Positions 57,822 through 64,000 of a stretch of DNA of 64,000 nt are shown here, piece by piece. Position 1 is the stretch's first letter. Each line of letters starts with the position of its first letter. The notes beneath the pieces were generated by a model, which was not told where the DNA came from, did no database searches, and was given only the letters and a program-made list of their open reading frames with translations. Where the stretch lies: NCBI GenBank assembly GCA_963754315.1, contig CAVWFS010000011.1, positions 32,001-96,000 on the forward strand, given 5' to 3'. The DNA comes from an uncultured Candidatus Rokubacteria bacterium (lineage in GTDB: Bacteria > Methylomirabilota > Methylomirabilia > Rokubacteriales > CSP1-6). The position numbers were made by a program, and so were the translations under genes.

Positions 57822-58904
57822 ATGGTCTACTACCTCCTCGTCCCGCTGGCCCGCGATCACATCCTCTTCAACGTGTTCCGCTACCTGACCTTTCGGTCAC
57901 TCATGGCGCTCATCTCGGCCCTGGTCATCTCGTTGCTCGTGGGGCCGTGGGTGGTGCGGCGATTGCGCGCGGCCCAGTACGGCGGCGAGACGATTCGCGA
58001 AGACACTCCCGAGCGGCATCGACAGAAGCAAGGCACGCCGACGATGGGAGGCGTGCTCATCGTGGGCGCCATTGTCGTGTCCACCTTGCTGTGGGCGAAC
58101 CTGCGCAACCGCTACGTCTGGGTAGCGGTGCTGACCGCGCTCGGCTTCGGCCTCATCGGCGTGTGGGACGACTGGCGCAAGCTCCGGCGCAAGAAGGGAC
58201 TCTCCGCGCGACTCAAGTTCGGCCTGCAGCTGTTGCTGGCCTTCGCGCTCGTCGAGGTCGTGTTCTTGACCCCTGCCAGCGACGGCTGGCAGCCCCTGCT
58301 GGCCATCCCGTTTCTCAAAGGATGGATGGTGAACCTCGGCTGGTGGTGGCTTCCCTTCGCCATGCTGGTCGTGGTCGGGGCCTCCAACGCCGTCAATCTC
58401 ACCGACGGTCTCGACGGGCTCGCGATCGGACCGGTCATCATGGCCGGCGGGGCCTTCGGAGTCATCGCCTACCTCACCGGCAACTTCCGGGCAGCCGACT
58501 ATCTCAAGATCGTCAACGTCAAGGGGGCCGGCGAGCTGACGGTCTTCTGCGGCGCCCTGATCGGGGCGGCCATCGGGTTCCTCTGGTTCAACTGTTACCC
58601 GGCCGAGGTGTTCATGGGCGACGCCGGCTCCCTCGCGCTTGGGGCCTCCATTGGCATGCTGTCGGTACTCACCAAGTCCGAGCTGCTGCTGCCGCTCATC
58701 GGCGGTCTGTACGTCGTGGAAGCGGCGTCGGTCATGATCCAGGTCGCCAGCTTCAAGCTCACCGGCCGCCGAGTCTTTCGTATGGCACCACTGCATCATC
58801 ACTTCGAGCTGAGTGGATGGGCGGAGCCCAAGATCGTCATCCGCTTCTGGATCGTCTCGTTTGCCCTCGCCCTCATGGCGATCACGACATTGAAGCTTCG
58901 GTGA
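57822..58904 (+). CDS. mraY: Phospho-MurNAc-pentapeptide transferase
   Basis: KQGTPTMGG, NAVNLTDGLDGL, FMGD, MAPLHHHFE. Confidence 0.97.
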   Translation: MVYYLLVPLARDHILFNVFRYLTFRSLMALISALVISLLVGPWVVRRLRAAQYGGETIREDTPERHRQKQGTPTMGGVLIVGAIVVSTLLWANLRNRYVWVAVLTALGFGLIGVWDDWRKLRRKKGLSARLKFGLQLLLAFALVEVVFLTPASDGWQPLLAIPFLKGWMVNLGWWWLPFAMLVVVGASNAVNLTDGLDGLAIGPVIMAGGAFGVIAYLTGNFRAADYLKIVNVKGAGELTVFCGALIGAAIGFLWFNCYPAEVFMGDAGSLALGASIGMLSVLTKSELLLPLIGGLYVVEAASVMIQVASFKLTGRRVFRMAPLHHHFELSGWAEPKIVIRFWIVSFALALMAITTLKLR

Positions 58905-58911
58905 TCGCGTC

Positions 58912-60309
58912 ATGATGACCATGGAGCGGGCTCACGAGACGACGCGCGGGCGGGCCTATCGCGACTCGCTCGCCGGAAGGCCTGTGGCCGTGGTGGGGCT
59001 GGCTCGCAGCGGCATCGCCGCCGCGCGGCTGCTGCGCGAGGCGGGCGCCGATGTGGTGGCCACCGATGCAAAGCCGATCCACGCCCTGACCTCCGAGGCG
59101 CGTGCTCTGGCCTCGCTTGGTGTCCGTCTGCTCGACTCCCGCACCGAGCCCCTGCGCGAGGCTGAACTCGTGGTGGTGAGCCCCGGGGTTCCTGTCGATG
59201 GTGAGCAGCTCGCCTTCGCCCGGCGGCGTGGCGTCGCCATCATCGGCGAGCTGGAGCTCGGCTGGCGAGCGAGCGACGCGGAGGCGGTCGCGATCACCGG
59301 CACCAATGGGAAAACCACGACGACGGCGCTGACGGGGGCGCTGCTCGCGCGCAGTGGCCGGCCTGTCCTCGTCGCTGGCAACATCGGCAACCCGCTGACG
59401 GCCGACGCCGTGTCCGTCCCCAGCGAGGGATGGCTCGTGCTCGAGGTGTCGAGCTTCCAGCTCGAGACAATCGTGACATTCCGGCCGCACCTGGCCGCCG
59501 TGCTCAACGTCACCCCTGACCATCTCGATCGCCACCGAACGCTCGCGGCCTATGCCGCCACCAAGGCGCGGATCTTCGAGAACCAGCGGCCTGGGGACGG
59601 CGCCGTGCTCAACCAGGATGACGCGGGGGCTCGAGCCCTCGCTCCGGACGTGCGGGGTGACCTCGTGCGGTTCAGCCGACGGCAGGAACTGCCGCGCGGC
59701 GTCTTCGTGCATGACGGCTGGATCGTGGCGCGCTTCGATGGCCCGCGGGAGCCCATCTGTCCCCTCGACGAGATCGCCCTGCGCGGGGCTCACAATGTCG
59801 AGAACGTCCTCGCCGCCGCCGCCTGCGCGTGCTGGCTCGGTGTGGCGCCAGCCGAGATCCGGGCGGGCATTGCGGCCTTCCGGGGAGTGCCGCACCGGAT
59901 CGAGTTCGTGCGCACCGTGGCCGGCGTCGCCTACTACAACGATTCCAAGGGCACCAACGTGGAGTCGACCATCCGCGCTCTCGAGAGCTTCAGCGAACCG
60001 ATCGTGCTGATCGCGGGTGGCAAGGGTAAGGGTCAGGACTTCGGACCGCTCGCGCGCGCCGCTCGCGGCCGCCTCCAGCGGGCCGTGCTGATCGGCGAGG
60101 ATGCGCCACGGTTGGAGGCAGCTCTGTCCGCCGAGAACATCGCCGTGACCCGGTGCGGCTCGCTCGCGGAAGCGCTGGAGATAGCGCGGCGGGCGACCAC
60201 GCCCGGCGGCGTGGTCTTGCTCTCGCCCGCATGCGCCTCGTTCGACATGTTCGACAACTTCGAGCACCGCGGCGACGTCTTCAAGGATCTCGTCGTGAGG
60301 CTCCGGTAG
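58912..60309 (+). CDS. murD: UDP-MurNAc-L-Ala-D-Glu ligase
   Basis: GLARSG, SPG, TGTNGKTT, EVSSFQL, DHLDRH, NDSKGTN, SPACASFD. Confidence 0.96.
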   Translation: MMTMERAHETTRGRAYRDSLAGRPVAVVGLARSGIAAARLLREAGADVVATDAKPIHALTSEARALASLGVRLLDSRTEPLREAELVVVSPGVPVDGEQLAFARRRGVAIIGELELGWRASDAEAVAITGTNGKTTTTALTGALLARSGRPVLVAGNIGNPLTADAVSVPSEGWLVLEVSSFQLETIVTFRPHLAAVLNVTPDHLDRHRTLAAYAATKARIFENQRPGDGAVLNQDDAGARALAPDVRGDLVRFSRRQELPRGVFVHDGWIVARFDGPREPICPLDEIALRGAHNVENVLAAAACACWLGVAPAEIRAGIAAFRGVPHRIEFVRTVAGVAYYNDSKGTNVESTIRALESFSEPIVLIAGGKGKGQDFGPLARAARGRLQRAVLIGEDAPRLEAALSAENIAVTRCGSLAEALEIARRATTPGGVVLLSPACASFDMFDNFEHRGDVFKDLVVRLR

Positions 60310-60316
60310 GGCCGCC

Positions 60317-61414
60317 ATGCCCCGCAGGCTGAGACCAGACATGTGGCTCTTCGGCGCCACCGTCGTGCTCCTGTCGGTCGGCGTGGTGATGGTGTACTCC
60401 GCCAGCGCCATCGTGGCCGCCGATCGGTTCCACGATCCGTTCCTCTTTCTGAAGAAGCAGCTGTTTTGGGCCGTGCTGGGGGGCGCCGCCTTGTGGGTGG
60501 CCCTCAAGGTCGACTATCGCCGCCTCGAGAAGCTGATGGTGCCGGCCCTCGTGGTGGCCACCGTCCTGCTGATCCTCGTGCTGATTCCGCCCTTCGGCCA
60601 ATCCATCAACGGGACCCGGCGCTGGTTCCGGGTCGGCCCGGTGTCCTTTCAGCCCGTCGAGGTCGCCAAGCTGGCCCTGGTCATCTACCTCGCTGCATTC
60701 CTGGCCCGACGCGGTGAGCGCCTTCACGATTTCTGGCGCGGGTTTCTGCCCCCGTTGATGGTGGCGGCGCCGCTGGCCGGGCTCGTGCTCCTGCAGCCCG
60801 ACCTGGGCAATGGTCTCACGCTGATCGCGGTCACCTTCGGGCTGCTCTTCCTGGCCGGCACTCGCTGGCAGCATCTGGCTCTCATCATGGTGGTCGCCTT
60901 CCCGGTGCTGGTAGGGCTCGTCATGGTGGCCCCGTATCGCCTGCGCCGGATCATGGCCTTTCTCGACCCGTGGCAAGACCCGCGAGGGAGCGGGTTTCAG
61001 ATCATCCAGTCCTATCTGGCCATCGGTAGCGGAGGGCCCCTCGGACGTGGGATTGGCGAATCCCGACAGAAGCTGTTCTATCTTCCGGAGTCGCACACGG
61101 ACTTCATCTTTGCCATCGTGGGTGAAGAGCTGGGCTTCGTGGGAGCCACGGCGATGCTGGCTCTCTTCGCGGTCTTCATCTGGCGTGGGCTTCGCATCGG
61201 GCTCGGGAGCTCCGAGCCCTTCGGGGCCTACCTGGCGCTGGGGATCACCGTCCTCATCGCGACGCAAACCATTGTCAACCTCGGGGTCGTCACCGGCCTC
61301 CTGCCGACCAAGGGGCTTCCCTTGCCCTTCGTGTCCTTCGGCGGATCGGCCCTGGTGGTGACGATGCTCTCGACAGGAGTCCTCTTGAATATCTCCCAAC
61401 ACTCCCATGTTTAA
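60317..61414 (+). CDS. ftsW: SEDS peptidoglycan polymerase FtsW
   Basis: [45 protein letters not shown]. Confidence 0.96.
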   Translation: MPRRLRPDMWLFGATVVLLSVGVVMVYSASAIVAADRFHDPFLFLKKQLFWAVLGGAALWVALKVDYRRLEKLMVPALVVATVLLILVLIPPFGQSINGTRRWFRVGPVSFQPVEVAKLALVIYLAAFLARRGERLHDFWRGFLPPLMVAAPLAGLVLLQPDLGNGLTLIAVTFGLLFLAGTRWQHLALIMVVAFPVLVGLVMVAPYRLRRIMAFLDPWQDPRGSGFQIIQSYLAIGSGGPLGRGIGESRQKLFYLPESHTDFIFAIVGEELGFVGATAMLALFAVFIWRGLRIGLGSSEPFGAYLALGITVLIATQTIVNLGVVTGLLPTKGLPLPFVSFGGSALVVTMLSTGVLLNISQHSHV

Positions 61415-62807
61415 GCGCTATCGGCAGATCCACTTCGTGGGCATCGGCGGGAGCGGCATGTCGGGAATCGCCGAGATTCTGCTCAACCTCGGCTACCGGG
61501 TCACCGGCTCCGATCTCAAGCGCAACGACGCCGTGGAGCGACTCGAACAGTTAGGAGCCAAGGTGTTCGTGGGGCACGAGGCTGCCCACATCGAAGGGGC
61601 GCACGTCGTCGTCTATTCGTCGGCAGTGTCACGCGAGAACATCGAGGTGCAGGTGGCCCGTCACCGGGGGATCCCGGTCATCCCGCGGGCGGAGATGCTG
61701 GCCGAGCTGATGCGACTCAAGTATGGCATCGCGGTGGCCGGTACTCACGGCAAGACCACCACGACGTCCATGATCGGCGCCGTGCTGGCCGAGGCGCGTC
61801 TCGACCCCACCATCGTGGTCGGGGGTCGCGTGTCGAGCTTCGACTCCAACGCGCGCCTGGGCCAGGGGGAGTACCTGGTCGCGGAAGCCGACGAGTCCGA
61901 CGGCTCCTTCCTGAAGCTGACGCCGACGATTGCCGTGGTAACCACCATCGATGCCGAACATCTCGACCACTACCAGAACCTCGAGCACATTCGCGAGGCT
62001 TTCACGGCCTTCGTGAGCAAGGTGCCGTTTTACGGCTCGGCCGTGCTCTGCCTGGATCAGCCCAACATCCAGCTGCTCATCCCACAGGTCGCCAAGCGCA
62101 TCATCTCGTACGGCCTGGAGTCGGGAGCCGATCTGGTCGCGCGGCACCTGCATCTGTCAGGCATGACCAGCCGCTTCGAGGTTTGCCACCGTGGGGCCCC
62201 GCTCGGCGAGTGCACCCTTCAGATTCCCGGTCGCCATAACGTGGCCAACGCGCTGGCCGCCATCGCGGTGGGGCTTGATTTGGACATTCCCTTTGCTGTC
62301 ACGCAGCGGGCCCTGGCTGGCTTCTCGGGGGTGCAGCGCCGCTTCCAGGTTCTCGGGCGCGTCGGCCGCATCACGGTGGTGGACGACTACGGCCACCATC
62401 CGACCGAGGTGCGGGCGACCCTCGCCGCGGCCAAAGCCGGGTTCGATTGTCGAGTCGTCGTTCTGTTCCAACCGCACCGATACACGCGCACCGCGCATCT
62501 GCGCCAGGAGTTCCTCACCGCCTTCAACCAGGCCGACGTGCTCGCGGTGATGGACATCTACTCGGCCGGCGAACCGGTCATCCCTGGGGTGACCGGCGAG
62601 GACCTGGCCGAAGGGATTCGCGCGCATGGGCACCGCCGCGTGACCTACGTGGGGAGCGAGCGTGCACGCGTGGTTGAGCACCTGTGCGAGATCGTCCGGC
62701 CGGGCGATCTCGTCATCACGCTCGGCGCGGGCGATGTCAGCCAGATCGGCTCGGAGTTGCTCCGCCGGCTGGAGGCCGAGTTGCAGCAGGGGAGGATCAC
62801 ATGCTAG
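61407..62807 (+). CDS. murC: UDP-MurNAc-L-alanine ligase
   Basis: [40 protein letters not shown]. Confidence 0.97.
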   Translation: MFKRYRQIHFVGIGGSGMSGIAEILLNLGYRVTGSDLKRNDAVERLEQLGAKVFVGHEAAHIEGAHVVVYSSAVSRENIEVQVARHRGIPVIPRAEMLAELMRLKYGIAVAGTHGKTTTTSMIGAVLAEARLDPTIVVGGRVSSFDSNARLGQGEYLVAEADESDGSFLKLTPTIAVVTTIDAEHLDHYQNLEHIREAFTAFVSKVPFYGSAVLCLDQPNIQLLIPQVAKRIISYGLESGADLVARHLHLSGMTSRFEVCHRGAPLGECTLQIPGRHNVANALAAIAVGLDLDIPFAVTQRALAGFSGVQRRFQVLGRVGRITVVDDYGHHPTEVRATLAAAKAGFDCRVVVLFQPHRYTRTAHLRQEFLTAFNQADVLAVMDIYSAGEPVIPGVTGEDLAEGIRAHGHRRVTYVGSERARVVEHLCEIVRPGDLVITLGAGDVSQIGSELLRRLEAELQQGRITC

Positions 62808-63679
62808 GAGAGATCCGGGGCGAGGTTCGCTTCAAGGAGCCGCTGAGCTTTCACACGTCTCTGCGTATCGGCGGCCCGGCGGACATCTTCATCGTGCCCC
62901 AGAATGTCGACGACATCCGCCACGCGCTCCTCTTCGCCGAGCGCGATCAGCTCAGCGTCACCGTCATCGGGGGCGGCAATAACCTGATTGTCCGCGACCG
63001 CGGGGTGCGCGGCGTCACCCTCAAGCTCGAAGGCTGCCTGGGGCGGGCCGAATACCAGGGAGAAGAGGCCATCGCGGGAGCGGGGGTGAGCCTCTCGGGT
63101 CTGATCCGGGAGGCAGCCGCGCTGTCCCTCGGCGGCATCGAGTGCCTCATCGGTATTCCGGCGAGCATCGGGGGTGCCCTGGCCATGAACGCCGGCACGC
63201 CGGACGGCTGGATCGGCGACTTCGTGAGCGTCGTGTATTTCCTCTATCCGGACGGCACTCTCGGAGAGTTCAAGCCGGCGGCCGGTCCTCTCGGCTACCG
63301 GGCCTTCGAGGCCCCGCCCGGCGCGGTGCTGATCGGCTGCCGCTTGCGGCTGCACCGCCGTCCGACCGCCGAGATTCATCGCGACCTCAAGCAGCGCCTC
63401 AAGGGGAAGAAGTCGAGCCAGCCGCTCGCGCTGGCATCGGCCGGGTTCGTGTGGAAGAACCCACCTGGCAAGACGGCAGGCAAGCTCATCGAGAAGGTCG
63501 GTCTGCGGGGCAAGCGAGTGGGGGGAGCCGAGATCTCCGCCAAGAACGTCAACTTCGTCGTCAACCGGGGCGGCGCGAGCGCCAGCGATATCCTCGGCTT
63601 GCTGGAGCTCACCCGCGAGCGGGTGAAAAGCCAGTTCGACGTGCTCCTCGAACACGAGATCCGGATCATCGGTGAATAG
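62801..63679 (+). CDS. murB: UDP-N-acetylenolpyruvoylglucosamine reductase
   Basis: [28 protein letters not shown], SAGxVWKNP; GGAGG RBS. Confidence 0.9.
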   Translation: MLGEIRGEVRFKEPLSFHTSLRIGGPADIFIVPQNVDDIRHALLFAERDQLSVTVIGGGNNLIVRDRGVRGVTLKLEGCLGRAEYQGEEAIAGAGVSLSGLIREAAALSLGGIECLIGIPASIGGALAMNAGTPDGWIGDFVSVVYFLYPDGTLGEFKPAAGPLGYRAFEAPPGAVLIGCRLRLHRRPTAEIHRDLKQRLKGKKSSQPLALASAGFVWKNPPGKTAGKLIEKVGLRGKRVGGAEISAKNVNFVVNRGGASASDILGLLELTRERVKSQFDVLLEHEIRIIGE

Positions 63680-64000
63680 GCGCAGGCATCTCGCCACTCC
63701 GCACGGCACGGCTGGTGTGCTGGCCGATGTCGGCCGGCGCGCACGGCTCGCGAGTCGGCAGCGGATCGGCCGCGCCCGACGTCGCCGCCGCCTGCGCGCC
63801 CGCCTCGTGCGCTGGGCGGGATGGGTCGGTGGCATAACGCTCGTGCTCGCGATCAGCGCGGGGAGCGTCGCGTGGCTGCTCACCACACCGCACCTGGCCG
63901 TCCGCACCATCCAAGTGGACGGTGCCACCCGCGTGTCGGCCGAGGAGATCGTGGCGACCGCAGACCTTCCGCTGGGCACGAACATACTTATGGTCGATCC
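63672..64000 (+). CDS. ftsQ: Cell division protein FtsQ/DivIB, N-terminal part (truncated by the window)
   Basis: Manual translation: Arg-rich N-terminus, TM helix, POTRA start LAVRTIQVDGATRVSAEEI...GTNIL. Confidence 0.8.
   Translation, partial: MNRRRHLATPHGTAGVLADVGRRARLASRQRIGRARRRRRLRARLVRWAGWVGGITLVLAISAGSVAWLLTTPHLAVRTIQVDGATRVSAEEIVATADLPLGTNILMVD

Overview
This is a high-GC, gene-dense bacterial chromosome segment. Gene style (orphan ABC and Bug binding proteins, hydantoinase A/B, LLM oxidoreductase, fused IOR, many leaderless promoters) is reminiscent of Candidatus Rokubacteria/Methylomirabilota; that is an inference, not a search result. The first ~51 kb is a patchwork of metabolic, envelope and proteolysis genes: metal ABC components, a secreted acetamidase, a fluoroacetate dehalogenase-like hydrolase, PhoD, ExeAB, dUTPase, two trypsin-type proteases, PepN, a pentaheme cytochrome c, VapBC, GGT, a MesD-like methionine synthase, hydantoinase A/B, IOR, ArfB, an adenine deaminase and a peptide ABC system. 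The last ~13 kb is the dcw cluster (mraZ to ftsQ), lacking murG and ddl. The best candidate for a new system is at 27817-30613. It is a two-domain enzyme built from propionyl-CoA-synthase-type reductase and dehydratase domains in reversed order, with no ligase domain. Its reductase carries crotonyl-CoA carboxylase/reductase-type CO2-binding motifs, so it may be a natural dehydratase-coupled reductive carboxylase, and it is apparently co-transcribed with the MesD-like gene. Also notable are a membrane-spanning protease-rhodanese-cNMP fusion, several genes apparently starting at non-canonical codons (ATAG/CTAG stop-start overlaps), divergent leaderless promoters and an unannotated 57-aa lipoprotein. 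Single-base indels, including one in essential murE, suggest sequence or assembly errors. I saw no rRNA, tRNA, CRISPR array or transposase.
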